From a virus (Duplodnaviria > Caudoviricetes): a DNA stretch of 59,179 nucleotides. Below the pieces are notes generated by a model, which made no database searches, was not told where the DNA came from, and saw nothing but the letters and a program-made list of their open reading frames with translations. This document shows positions 9,253 to 18,584 of the stretch, in pieces (positions within the stretch are counted from its first letter, which is position 1; every line of letters starts with the position of its first letter). The DNA is taken from positions 1 to 59,179 of the IMG/VR virus record IMGVR_UViG_3300021560_000020. The stretch is one strand, 5' to 3'. Both the position numbers and the translations under genes were made by a program.

Positions 9253-9436
9253 CTTCTATCTCCTCACCTACTACGAGGTTGATTATATGATGAGTAACTA
9301 TACACATACCATTAGCTAGTTCAGTTAGTATCTCCGCCACGTCGTCGTGATCGTCACGGCGGCTGGCCAGCCGCACCATCCCGTTATAGACGTGCTGCAA
9401 TTCGCGGCGGGCTTCCTCAACGTCGGATCGTTTCAT
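9242..9436 (-). CDS. Hypothetical protein
   Basis: AAAGGAGAT RBS; in operon. Confidence 0.6.
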   Translation of the reverse strand: MKRSDVEEARRELQHVYNGMVRLASRRDDHDDVAEILTELANGMCIVTHHIINLVVGEEIEDGK

Positions 9437-9448
9437 GGGGTATCTCCT

Positions 9449-9673
9449 TTAGGTGGGTTTGTCATGGGACGATGGTCTAGTCATGCGGATCAGGCAGGAA
9501 CGGCAGAGCACCATTACTGCCGTCTCCGCTACCGTCCCGTACTGGCAACGGTCCTTGGGGCAGAGCCAGGCCGCTTCGCCGTCGCGGTGCAACGGCCCCC
9601 AACAGATGTGCAGATGGACCTGCCCGTAATCGAGCGTGCCGTAAGTATCAAGTCCGCTAGTCATTAAGGGCAT
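9449..9673 (-). CDS. Small Cys-rich hypothetical protein
   Basis: GGAGG RBS; several Cys/His pairs. Confidence 0.5.
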   Translation of the reverse strand: MPLMTSGLDTYGTLDYGQVHLHICWGPLHRDGEAAWLCPKDRCQYGTVAETAVMVLCRSCLIRMTRPSSHDKPT

Positions 9674-10577
9674 GTCGGTCTTTGCCTCCCTTACGCCGCT
9701 TGGGCTTGTCGCTGTCCGGCAGCGGGAGCAGGTCCACCACGGTCAGGTTGCGCCCCATGCAGCGTGACCAGTAGCCGCAGAACTTCTCCGAGCACCACCA
9801 GCCGTTGGTGCGCTTGGGAAACACCTGATGCTCGATGCCGCGCGCCACATGGGCGATCGTGTTGAGTTCCTCCAGGAGAAACTCCTTGGTCCGCAGCCCG
9901 TCCAGAATCCGCGCCTGCGGCCCGTCCTTCAACAGCTTGACCGTATCGAGCGTGACTCCGCTCTCGGCCTGCTTGTGCAGGCGGCGGTAGGCAATGGCGT
10001 AGATCGAAAGCTGATGGTCCTTGGCGATGTCCTCCGCCGTAATCAGCTTGCGCGCCCCGATGATCTTGTTGTCCCGGATGCGGGCGTTGCTGTCGATCAG
10101 ATCGATCTTGCCGATCAGCGTATAGCGGCCGATCACCTCCTTGGAATCGTGCGCCGCCCGGATCGGCAGGGTCTCCTCGAACCATTCCTCCACGCTCTGC
10201 TCGCTCGCGGCCATCACCAGCGGCGCGATCTTGAGCCGGTGCTCCTTGGTCGCCGCGATGCCCTCGTCGCGCACCTCATCGGGCTTTTCGTCCTGCTCGA
10301 AGATCACCTCCTCCCGTTCCAGTTCCTCCCGCCAGAAGGTGGCGTACATGTCGGTAATGTCGTCCACCGGCAAATCCTGCCGGCTCACCACCTTCTGCTT
10401 GTAGTTCTGCTCGATCACCGAATGCCCGACGTTCGAGCGCTTCATGGTGCCGTTGGGCGGCGTCTTGATCCCCTCGATATAACGATAGGCGTACTGACGC
10501 GGGCATTTCTCCAAGTACATATTGATCTGCGTGTGCGATAGCCGCAGACCTTCGTCGTCATGTGCTCGATTGCCCAT
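9657..10577 (-). CDS. PD-(D/E)XK nuclease (RecB/Cas4-like, Fe-S type)
   Basis: LS.TQI..Y..CPR.Y.YRY, GKIDLID, D.K, QL.IY and C-terminal C....C......C. Confidence 0.85.
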   Translation of the reverse strand: MGNRAHDDEGLRLSHTQINMYLEKCPRQYAYRYIEGIKTPPNGTMKRSNVGHSVIEQNYKQKVVSRQDLPVDDITDMYATFWREELEREEVIFEQDEKPDEVRDEGIAATKEHRLKIAPLVMAASEQSVEEWFEETLPIRAAHDSKEVIGRYTLIGKIDLIDSNARIRDNKIIGARKLITAEDIAKDHQLSIYAIAYRRLHKQAESGVTLDTVKLLKDGPQARILDGLRTKEFLLEELNTIAHVARGIEHQVFPKRTNGWWCSEKFCGYWSRCMGRNLTVVDLLPLPDSDKPKRRKGGKDRHALND

Positions 10578-10785
10578 GATTGCTCCCGTTTGCGCGTTTG
10601 CGCCCCAGGTCGAAAATCTCCTCCGCTTCTGTCAACAGCCCGGGCAGTTCCCTGTTTGGATCGATCCGCAACTTCCGGCACAGCCGCCGCGGAATATCCG
10701 CGCCCGCCGAGCCGAGCCGGGAACCGACCTCAACCCCCAGGAACATGCCCGCCAGCAGGAAAGCCTGCTCTCTATCAGTTAGCAT
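10558..10785 (-). CDS. Hypothetical protein
   Basis: AAGGAGGT RBS; first gene of the leftward operon. Confidence 0.6.
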   Translation of the reverse strand: MLTDREQAFLLAGMFLGVEVGSRLGSAGADIPRRLCRKLRIDPNRELPGLLTEAEEIFDLGRKRANGSNHGQSST

Positions 10786-10799
10786 CCTCGACCACCTCC

Positions 10800-10852
10800 T
10801 TTGATAGTCATTTCACAATATATAGACAATCTGAACGAAAGTATATACTAAT
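10800..10852. promoter_or_regulatory. AT-rich divergent control region
   Basis: AT-rich gap between divergent operons with two TATATA boxes. Exact -35/-10 elements not resolved. Confidence 0.5.
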
Positions 10853-11047
10853 GTGGCTATGGATAAACCAAAGAAACTGTACTCGTTATGGCTTCCCCGC
10901 GACTTGCTTCGTCAGCTAGAACAGCAGGCGCGCATCGAGCGGCGGACCGCCTCGAACATGATCCGCCTGTGCATCGAGGAAACCCTCGACCGGCACAAGC
11001 GCGCAGGCATAACCAGCCTGCGTAACCTGGTCCGCGAGCCAGAGTGA
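10853..11047 (+). CDS. Ribbon-helix-helix (Arc/CopG-like) regulator
   Basis: YSLWLP strand, then LL..LE..A..ERRT.S.MIR..I.E.L. Confidence 0.75.
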   Translation: MAMDKPKKLYSLWLPRDLLRQLEQQARIERRTASNMIRLCIEETLDRHKRAGITSLRNLVREPE

Positions 11048-11073
11048 CATGGGCCGCATAGGAGCTAATAAAG

Positions 11074-13401
11074 ATGGGACCGGAAAACCTGACCCTGGCC
11101 GACATTGCAGACGAACTGGCCAACTCGGAGTTCGACGGCTCGGAGATCGTGCTGAATTGTCTGGTCTGCGACGGGATCAACGCGCTCAAGATCATGTTCA
11201 AGAACGGCCGCTTGGTCTACGCTTGCCGTGAGCGATGTTCCACCAGCAAGTTGACCGCCGCGCTCGCCCTGGCCAGCACGACGGCCCGCGCTATCCTACC
11301 GAAAGGAGATGAGGCCGGCAGCAGCAAAAATCCAAACGAACGATCAACCCCCAAATACGAAAGAGGTTCCGGTGCCAACCCCGCCGCGTCCGGTCCTAGC
11401 CCGTCCGGCGCGGCCCCTAGCAAAGGCATGCTTAAATATGCCGTTGCCTATGCCCGCTACCATATGCGCGTTTTTCCCTGTCACGAGATCGAGCGCGATG
11501 GATACTGCTCATGCGGAGCAACCGAATGCAAGTCTGCTGGCAAGCATCCACGCGTTGAGAAATGGCAAGAACTAGCCACGACCGATGGGCTACAAATCTC
11601 ACGCTGGTGGAAGCAATGGCCGACTGCGAACGTCGGCATTGCCTGCGGTGAAAAGAGTAATCTGACCGTCCTCGATGTGGATGGCGATCTGGGCCGCGAC
11701 ACTCTGCGCGCCCTCGAACTTGAACATGGCGAATTACCCGAAACCCCGATCGCGCTGACCGGCTCGGGCGGCTGTCATTACTATTTCATTTATACAGCCG
11801 GACTGAACAATGCAGTCAGATTTGCTCCCGGTCTCGATATTCGTACACAGGGAGGTTTAATCATCGGCGTGGGCTCGCGTAATCGCCACGGCCGCTATGC
11901 CTGGGAAAGTATATTCACGCTAGGCGCGGACAATCTCCAACCAGCGGCCATGCCCCAATGGTTGCTCAAAACCATCCGTGAAGGTCAGGCCACGCATCGT
12001 ACTGAAACAGGAAAGGTCCAGATACCGACCAAGCTTGGTACGATGATCGAAGGCAGCGGGCGTGACAATCTCTTGTGGCGTACTGGACGCTCGCTAGTGG
12101 CGCAGAACATGCCCGCGGCCGCGGTACGCGCAGCCTTGGTGGAGATCAATAATCAGTTTGCCGAGCACTTCACCGAGCGTGAAATTGAAACCAAGATCGA
12201 ACACGTACTCAGCAGTCCCAACTCCAATATGTTCCAACTCGCGGTTAACGGCAATGGCGCGGTACCAGCCGAAGCCACCAGTTATCCGGATCGCCAGTTT
12301 CTCGACGCCTATGCGGTCTATCGAAAACTGATAGCCGAGATACGGGAATATCCCATCGAAGGCTTGCTCCTTTCGGGTGGAACGCTGGCAGTTTCCGGCC
12401 TGATGGGTTCAGGCAAGACTACCTTTCTGGCTAATGCCGCGCGCTCGCTCGCGACCACCCTGCCGTTTCTCGGACGAACCGTTGGGCCGGCCAGCCGGGT
12501 GGTCGTAATTGCTTCCTCTAAGGAATACGACAACTGGTGCGAGATTGTGGGCTTCTGGAAGCTCGAAGATTTGATCTACGTCGCCCCCAGCGTCTATGCG
12601 CATTTTGGCGACCCGCGTAAAACGGCGCTCTGGCTCGATACGGAGATGCAGCGCCTAAACGCCCGCTATTTCGTAGCTGACACCCTCTTTGACTTCTTCG
12701 GTACTCCGGATAATGGCGGCGGTGATGAAAACCGCAAGGTAATGAATGAGCAAGCCCCTCTGCTCGAAGTCGTCCGCACCCGGCGTTATTCGGGGCTGGT
12801 GGGCGGCCATCAGCCCAAGAACGAAGCCCAGGCCGAATATCCGCGCGATCCGGAGGAGGCCTTTGCCGGACATACCGGCTGGATGGCACAGCACCGGATG
12901 CGGATTTCGCTCAGACGCAAAAGCAAGGGGTATACCGCTATCATCAGCGGACGCGGTGGTTGGGGTGATACCGGCCTCCTTGATGAGCAGTTACTCGCTT
13001 ACGATCCCGAAACCCGACTAATCAAGCTGGCCGGACCTTTCGCCCAATTCCTCGGCCGAGCCGCACTAGAACCCGTAATTGAAGCACTAACCAGAGCGGA
13101 TCGCTGGTGCTCCAGAAGCGAGATTGAGAAAGAGACCGGCAAGGGCAAAAATTTTGTTCTGGCTGGTCTTAAATTGGCGGTCAAGGAGGGCCTAGCCAAA
13201 GACAACGGTCACCAAAGCCGCGCCCGTAAGTACGCTCTACCTAATATCCCGGACGAAGAATACGTGACCCCTGCCGGAACCCGGCGCAAGCGTAAAAGCC
13301 CCAACGCTGCCGAATTTGAAAAGATGGGTAACCGCAAGCTGGCCGACCTGGAACAGCGCCACTTCGAGGAACAGACCGACGATGAGGAGGACGAACCCTA
13401 G
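11074..13401 (+). CDS. Bifunctional Prim-Pol primase fused to an AAA_25/RecA-like helicase and C-terminal winged helix
   Basis: VFPC, CSCG..C...GKHP, ANVGIACG, VLDVD, TGSGG.HYYF, GLDIRT.GG; PriCT-like EG.GRDN.L; Walker A GLMGSGKT. Confidence 0.9.
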   Translation: MGPENLTLADIADELANSEFDGSEIVLNCLVCDGINALKIMFKNGRLVYACRERCSTSKLTAALALASTTARAILPKGDEAGSSKNPNERSTPKYERGSGANPAASGPSPSGAAPSKGMLKYAVAYARYHMRVFPCHEIERDGYCSCGATECKSAGKHPRVEKWQELATTDGLQISRWWKQWPTANVGIACGEKSNLTVLDVDGDLGRDTLRALELEHGELPETPIALTGSGGCHYYFIYTAGLNNAVRFAPGLDIRTQGGLIIGVGSRNRHGRYAWESIFTLGADNLQPAAMPQWLLKTIREGQATHRTETGKVQIPTKLGTMIEGSGRDNLLWRTGRSLVAQNMPAAAVRAALVEINNQFAEHFTEREIETKIEHVLSSPNSNMFQLAVNGNGAVPAEATSYPDRQFLDAYAVYRKLIAEIREYPIEGLLLSGGTLAVSGLMGSGKTTFLANAARSLATTLPFLGRTVGPASRVVVIASSKEYDNWCEIVGFWKLEDLIYVAPSVYAHFGDPRKTALWLDTEMQRLNARYFVADTLFDFFGTPDNGGGDENRKVMNEQAPLLEVVRTRRYSGLVGGHQPKNEAQAEYPRDPEEAFAGHTGWMAQHRMRISLRRKSKGYTAIISGRGGWGDTGLLDEQLLAYDPETRLIKLAGPFAQFLGRAALEPVIEALTRADRWCSRSEIEKETGKGKNFVLAGLKLAVKEGLAKDNGHQSRARKYALPNIPDEEYVTPAGTRRKRKSPNAAEFEKMGNRKLADLEQRHFEEQTDDEEDEP

Positions 13402-13402
13402 A

Positions 13403-13535
13403 AATGACCGAATCGTCATTGCGTCATTGCGTCCCTACGCGCGTAGGGACGGAAACCCGCAATGATATTTCCACGGTTATGGAAGCGTCATTCGTCATTG
13501 CGTCCCATATATACGCAAATTGCAGTGACGCAAAA
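13403..13535. repeat. Candidate replication origin: 22-bp perfect palindrome plus CGTCATT repeats
   Basis: cgtccctacgc|gcgtagggacg at 13430-13451; CGTCATT at 13414, 13422, 13486, 13493, with inverted partial copies; directly after the primase-helicase stop. Confidence 0.6.
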
Positions 13536-13568
13536 CGCAAAAATCCGGATCGATTCAAAGGAGAAGAA

Positions 13569-14042
13569 ATGGACGACAAGCTTCGGGATACCTTACTCGA
13601 CCTCAAGGAAGAAATAGACCATCCGCCTTATCCGTTACGAAACCCCTGCGGAAAGTGCGGAGAAACCCGCGGACGGATACAACCGACCGGCCTCCAAGAC
13701 GTGGTGCGCTGTCTCAACGGTCATTTCCAGTACAATGCCCCACGTACTGAAACCGGCAAGCAGCCGCGTACCTTGCAAACCATTAGGCATACACCACCCT
13801 CGCAACGCTATCGCCTATTCGAGCGTGCGCATGGACGCTGCGAACTGTGCGGTAGTACCGAGATGTTAACCATTGATCACTTCCTTTCAGTCGCGGAAGG
13901 CTTTGACTTCCTTACCGACGCTCAGATCGAGAGCGATGAGAACAAATGCGTACTTTGTGCAGAATGTAATTCAGGCAAGGCGCATCACGTCGCACCTATC
14001 TGGTTATTAGCAGCAGTGCTTTATCGAAGAACAAAAGAATAG
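13569..14042 (+). CDS. HNH endonuclease with N-terminal Zn ribbon
   Basis: AAGGAG RBS; CELCG...LTIDH...N..LCAECN.GK. Confidence 0.85.
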   Translation: MDDKLRDTLLDLKEEIDHPPYPLRNPCGKCGETRGRIQPTGLQDVVRCLNGHFQYNAPRTETGKQPRTLQTIRHTPPSQRYRLFERAHGRCELCGSTEMLTIDHFLSVAEGFDFLTDAQIESDENKCVLCAECNSGKAHHVAPIWLLAAVLYRRTKE

Positions 14043-14245
14043 ATAGCTGCGGTCGGCCCCCTTGTTTGAAGGGGGCCGAAATCTGAATGACGATTTTCCC
14101 TATTATTTATGGCCGCGCTCGACCGCTCGGTCACCTAAGATGTGACCGAGCGGTTCCCGCTAGGAGGAGGAAAAGATCGTAGTCACTCAATTCACGACGT
14201 ATTAGAATCCGATACTTGGAACCGACGATATGGAGATAACTATAG

Positions 14246-15157
14246 ATGGACTTCCTGACCTCGATCATCAACGAAGTGGCAGTTATGCCGTCCGTGACCG
14301 GAGTACTCGATACCGCGATCCTGCTCGACCGGCTCAAGCAGGCCACCGTAATCCGCACGCAGAACGTCTGCGACTACCTCTATCAGGAAACCGAACAGGA
14401 ATACTTCGTCCTCAACCGCGACTTCCCCAACATCGCGCCGCCCTGGCCGCTGTTCTTCATGCACCACCGGATGCCCCGCCGGTCGCACTCCGAGGGCAGG
14501 ATCGTGCAGACCGCCTACGGCAATGTGGACCTGGGCTTCCTGTTCCAGAGCTACCGGCCGGAAAAGTCGCACTGGCGGGTGGCGTGCGCCATCTTCGCGC
14601 GGGGCTCGGGCGGCACCTTCGTGCAGTCGGTGGCGTGGCAGGTCGCCAATGACGGCCGCTTCCTCAATGCCGACGGCACCGAGATTGATCTGGGCGAGGG
14701 GGGCTGCAAGTTCGTGGTTACCGACGCCTACCGTCTGCCGTCAGGACGGGCGAGCAACCGCGACCCGTCGTTCGATGTGAACCTGCTGTTCGTGCCGTTC
14801 CTGGCGCTGTCCTTCTGCCACTGCAAGAACGTGGCGGTCAGACGGGAGACAGTACCGCTTCCGGTCCAGCGCAAGCGCCAGCGCAAGTACGGCTGGTCAC
14901 CGCAGTCCTGGCATGAAATCCAGATCGAGCCGGTCCGCCGGGTACTCGAGAACAGCGGAGCACGTCAGGGCAGGAACGGGTTGGCGAGAGCACTGCATAT
15001 CCAACGCGGCAGCTTTCGCGATTACCGCGAAGGCCGGGGCCTCTTCGGCAAGCATCACGGCATCTGGTGGTGGGAGGCATGGCTCAAGGATGCCAGCCAC
15101 CCGCACGGCTATACCGTCAAGCCGTCCGCTACCGCCGACCTCAAGGAGCAACCATGA
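14246..15157 (+). CDS. Phage hypothetical protein (H..RG.FR...WW C-terminal motif)
   Basis: GGAGATAA RBS; 303-aa ORF. Confidence 0.75.
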   Translation: MDFLTSIINEVAVMPSVTGVLDTAILLDRLKQATVIRTQNVCDYLYQETEQEYFVLNRDFPNIAPPWPLFFMHHRMPRRSHSEGRIVQTAYGNVDLGFLFQSYRPEKSHWRVACAIFARGSGGTFVQSVAWQVANDGRFLNADGTEIDLGEGGCKFVVTDAYRLPSGRASNRDPSFDVNLLFVPFLALSFCHCKNVAVRRETVPLPVQRKRQRKYGWSPQSWHEIQIEPVRRVLENSGARQGRNGLARALHIQRGSFRDYREGRGLFGKHHGIWWWEAWLKDASHPHGYTVKPSATADLKEQP

Positions 15158-15594
15158 ACGATCATCAGGCCTATGCCCTGCACCACCACTGCCGGCTGGC
15201 GGGCGAGACCGCCCATCCCCGTTTCGGCTACTTCCTGCACGGCGGACAGCTCTCGGTCCTGCTGACGGTCAACAGCGGCTATGAATGAATCGAGCAGAAC
15301 TTCGGCGGGCCGGTCTGGCACGCCTCAGTCAGCATCGTCACGGGCCGCAGCAAACTCGGCCGTGAGGCCGTGGAAGGAATCGCGCGGGCCCAACTCGAAG
15401 GGGTCGGTAACGCCCGCCTGGGAGAATGGATCGAGACCGGTCTGGCCGTGCTCCATCTGCGCCGCCGCCTCTCGGCCAAGGAGCAATTGCTGGTGGGACC
15501 GGCGCTTGATATTCGCATGGATCGGGTCGAGGTCCGGCGGCGGCTGGCCGAGGTGAAACGGCTCGGCATCCTGCCGCCAAGCTATACCGAATAG
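15154..15594 (+). pseudogene. Hypothetical gene interrupted by an in-frame TGA at 15286-15288
   Basis: MNDHQ...SGYE*IEQNFGGPVWHASVS...LRRRLS continues in the same frame. Confidence 0.6.
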
Positions 15595-15603
15595 AGGCAA
15601 CCA

Positions 15604-16599
15604 GTGATGATTTACTACGGACTGTGCGGCAAGGATCAGAAGGGGAAATTTCCGTTGACGCCCCAGGTAGGGAATTTATCCATCAGAGCGTCATGGGCGT
15701 ATGTGGAACCCAGCCCGGGTCAGTTTCAGTGGGATAGGATTGATGCCGCGCTGGCTGCGCTGCCGCAAGGTGGTGTCGCCGGGCTGACCATCCATCCTGG
15801 GAACAATTCACCTGCGTGGGTCATGCAGCAGGTGGCGCACATCACGATGCCGGACAATACGCAGTTTCCGGCACCGTGGGACGCGAAGTTCCTGCAAAGC
15901 CTAATCAAGCTGATTCAGGCGGTAGGCCAGAAGTATAATTCCGAGCAGCGCATCAAGCATATTTTAATACCTGCGCTGAGCGCGAAGACGGCTGAAAATA
16001 ATCTGAATAATATCACGAAAACCTCAATGTCTGGTGGTGTTCCAGGCCATGATACGGGGACGCCCGATCAGATTCTGGCCTATTGGACTTCGGTAGGCTA
16101 TTCGCCGCAAAACGCCCTGCTGGCGGTGCAACAAAATATTAAAGCTATGCACAGGTATATTACGCAGCCCTGCGCGATTACTTTTCCGGGGCTCTACGGC
16201 GGTCTGGACTTCGATCTGGTCAACGGCAAAGCAGCGGTTGACGCGATCCATGCGTGGTATGCGCAGCAACCGAATATCAGGATTTACAACTGCGGCGCAT
16301 CTAGTAACTGGGTTTTTCCGAAGAGTTATTATTCCTATATCCCCTATGTTTATCAGGAACTCGCTCCACTGGGTACACAGAAGCAATTTAACCAAATGAT
16401 GAATCTGATTCATGCGCAGGGCGTGACGGAACTTGAAGTCTATCTGGCGGATTTGAAATACGTGCCCAACGCGCCGAGCACGCTGTCCTCGGAACTGCCG
16501 GCCACCGCGGAAGAGGCCGCGGCCGCCTCTTTTGAAAACTACCGCGGCGAATACGAGCCTGACGCGGAGGGCGACAACCCGGAGGACAGCGATGACTAA
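15604..16599 (+). CDS. Glycoside-hydrolase-like TIM-barrel protein (GH-A clan-like)
   Basis: SW..VEP.PG.F.W..ID, P.WV and PWD..F motifs; visibly lower GC than its flanks. Confidence 0.6.
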   Translation: MMIYYGLCGKDQKGKFPLTPQVGNLSIRASWAYVEPSPGQFQWDRIDAALAALPQGGVAGLTIHPGNNSPAWVMQQVAHITMPDNTQFPAPWDAKFLQSLIKLIQAVGQKYNSEQRIKHILIPALSAKTAENNLNNITKTSMSGGVPGHDTGTPDQILAYWTSVGYSPQNALLAVQQNIKAMHRYITQPCAITFPGLYGGLDFDLVNGKAAVDAIHAWYAQQPNIRIYNCGASSNWVFPKSYYSYIPYVYQELAPLGTQKQFNQMMNLIHAQGVTELEVYLADLKYVPNAPSTLSSELPATAEEAAAASFENYRGEYEPDAEGDNPEDSDD

Positions 16600-16876
16600 G
16601 CGGCACACCTCCCGGCTGAGCAAAGCCCAGCGCGAGACCATCGCCCGCATCGCCGCGCTCAACCGCGAACTCGACCGCGAACGCAACGAGCAAGATCGGC
16701 AGGCGCGGCGCGGCTATGACTACGATGGCCGGGCGCAGTGGTCCGAGCAGGTCAGTCCGCACATCAGTTACCAGTCAGACGGCGGCGGATTCGGGCTGTG
16801 TGATCGCTGCCGGCAGCCTGCCGCACTGGTAACACCAGGGCATAGACGGTACTGCGCGGCTTGTCTGCCGCGATGA
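16592..16876 (+). CDS. Small Zn-ribbon hypothetical protein
   Basis: GGAGG RBS; CDRC...CAAC. Confidence 0.55.
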   Translation: MTKRHTSRLSKAQRETIARIAALNRELDRERNEQDRQARRGYDYDGRAQWSEQVSPHISYQSDGGGFGLCDRCRQPAALVTPGHRRYCAACLPR

Positions 16877-17189
16877 CCAGCGGGCTGCGCAGGCGCATGG
16901 CCAGCAGGCTGTCATCGAACCGCCGCAGGATCGTGCGGGCCTGACGGTAGAAGAGCCTGCCCTCGCGGGTGAGCCTCAGGCGGCCGTAGGGATACCTGAT
17001 ACGGTCGTGGACGCGGCGAAACAGCTTGACGCCGAGGACTTCCTCCAGGCGCCGGAGCTTGCGGCTCATGGCGGGCTGGGCAATGTGCAGATGGTCGGCG
17101 CCAGCCTGCACGCCCCCCAGCTCGACCACGGCCACGAACCCTCTGAGATGGTGGAGTTCGAGGGCGGCTAGCGGCGGGAGAAAAGCCAT
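16764..17189 (-). CDS. LysR-type HTH-only protein
   Basis: L.HLR.FVAVVE.G.V..GA..LHIAQPAMSR.LRRLE..LGVKLF.R...LT.EG..F; no effector domain. Confidence 0.8.
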   Translation of the reverse strand: MAFLPPLAALELHHLRGFVAVVELGGVQAGADHLHIAQPAMSRKLRRLEEVLGVKLFRRVHDRIRYPYGRLRLTREGRLFYRQARTILRRFDDSLLAMRLRSPLVIAADKPRSTVYALVLPVRQAAGSDHTARIRRRLTGN

Positions 17190-17380
17190 AGGGCCCAGGT
17201 CACTCCGTACCAGACGCCCATCACGAACAGCAGCACGCCGATCTGGAGCTTGTCGAGAAACGGATGATGGAGGGTCACGTAGATGACGATGAGCGAGATT
17301 ATCCCGGTCATCAGCAGAACAGTCACGGTAACCGCCTGGCTCGGTCCAGTACTTGCCCCGCTGCCATCATCGTAAGCCAT
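17168..17380 (-). CDS. Small 2-TM membrane protein
   Basis: GGAG RBS before MAYDDG; two hydrophobic helices. Confidence 0.55.
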   Translation of the reverse strand: MAYDDGSGASTGPSQAVTVTVLLMTGIISLIVIYVTLHHPFLDKLQIGVLLFVMGVWYGVTWALWLFSRR

Positions 17381-17467
17381 AATAGACTCCACCCTAACGG
17401 GCCTTACGGGCAGGCAAAAGTTGATCGTTGCAGCCGATCTGATACTCGGCTGAGGATTGAAACAAAC

Positions 17468-17704
17468 ATGACCAAATGGGAACGGGCGCTCTACCTCGAT
17501 GCCTTCCGCCACGGGCTGCTCTGCGCCCGCGCGGGAGTATTCGACCGGCTCGAAGCTGCCGGCATGCCGCTGGCAGATGTCATCCGTCAGGTGCTGGCGC
17601 CGGACCTGACCCGCGACGAGCTCAATGCCGTTCATGGCTATGCCCACGAAATGCTGGTCGCGCTGGCAGCGGAGCTAACCGCGGACCTGCTGGAAAAACT
17701 CTGA
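17468..17704 (+). CDS. Hypothetical protein
   Basis: GAGGA RBS before MTKWERAL. Confidence 0.55.
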   Translation: MTKWERALYLDAFRHGLLCARAGVFDRLEAAGMPLADVIRQVLAPDLTRDELNAVHGYAHEMLVALAAELTADLLEKL

Positions 17705-17718
17705 CCCGGTAAACCCCG

Positions 17719-18345
17719 ATGCCACCCTCCCTCCAGATCAAAAGCTGCATCTGCTGCAACCGCACCCATCCCATCGAACTGTTCGAGGCCCCGATCCCGA
17801 AAACCCTGCGGGTGTGGGGCAGCGAGGCGCGTACCGGCGGCCTCGGCGTCTGTCTGGCGCTGCGCCGCGTCAGGGGCGGCACCAAGGGTACGCGCGTCAG
17901 CCTGTTCATGGACCCGCCGCGCTACACCGAGCAGGCCATCCAGGGGGAATGGATACTCGCCAAGCAGGAGCCGACCGGCCGGATCGATCTGGGCAAGACG
18001 CTAGCTCAGGACTGGTAGGATCGTGCCGAGGCCGCGGTCATGGCGGTCGCCGAGAAGCTCAAGCGGCCGTTCACGTTCACCGATGTGATGAACCAGACCG
18101 ACGGCTATACCCGCAAGGAAATCCGCCGCGTACTAAGCGCGCTCTCAGATGAGGAGCGGGCCCAGGAACCGGAGCGCAAGCGGTTGATCGATCTAGGCAA
18201 GGAGAATCGCCAGGGCGGTGCGGTGCGCTATCAGCTTCCCGATGGAGACGGCGGACAAGCGGACGACCTGGAGCAGATCAGGAACCCCAAACTGCGGGAG
18301 GAACTGCGGCAGCAGGAACGGCAACTGAAATTGCTTAAAAAGTAG
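17719..18345 (+). pseudogene. Relic C-terminal part of a RecA/AAA-type helicase plus winged helix, with in-frame TAG at 18016-18018
   Basis: ORFs 17719-18018 and 18040-18345 are in one frame; GS.A..G...L.R...TG...LG followed by a wHTH-like region, parallel to the end of 11074-13401. Confidence 0.45.
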
Positions 18346-18366
18346 GACAAAAAGGGATAGCTGGGA

Positions 18367-18512
18367 GGGTTATTTTCCAGCGATCGGATCCTATATAGGA
18401 ACGCTGGAAAATAACCCCGCGAATAACGAAAAGCGCTTGAGTTCATTAACCAATATTATTTTCCCAATGACCATCAAAAACCCGCGCTTTAAAAACTCGC
18501 CGGAAAATAACC
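18367..18512. repeat. 16-bp perfect inverted repeat with additional GGAAAATAA copies
   Basis: GGGTTATTTTCCAGCG (18367-18382) and CGCTGGAAAATAACCC (18402-18417) around TCCTATATAGGA; further copies near 18456 and 18502. Confidence 0.8.
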
Positions 18513-18584
18513 TTTCGACCTTGAAAACCGGCCCCGCCGACCACCCATCGGCGGAGCCTTAACCGACCGCGAGGAATATCGATC

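Noticed and set aside
9657-10577. Cas4 as evidence of a CRISPR system
   Set aside because: Stand-alone phage PD-(D/E)XK nuclease in a recombination operon, with no array or other cas genes.
17425-17467. CTGAGGA..GAAAC hammerhead-like string on the + strand
   Set aside because: No stem II and no correctly placed NUH/stem III.
15286-18018. Alternative genetic code or selenocysteine from in-frame TGA/TAG
   Set aside because: Both codons terminate many well-defined genes here, each interrupts only one gene, and I saw no suppressor tRNA.
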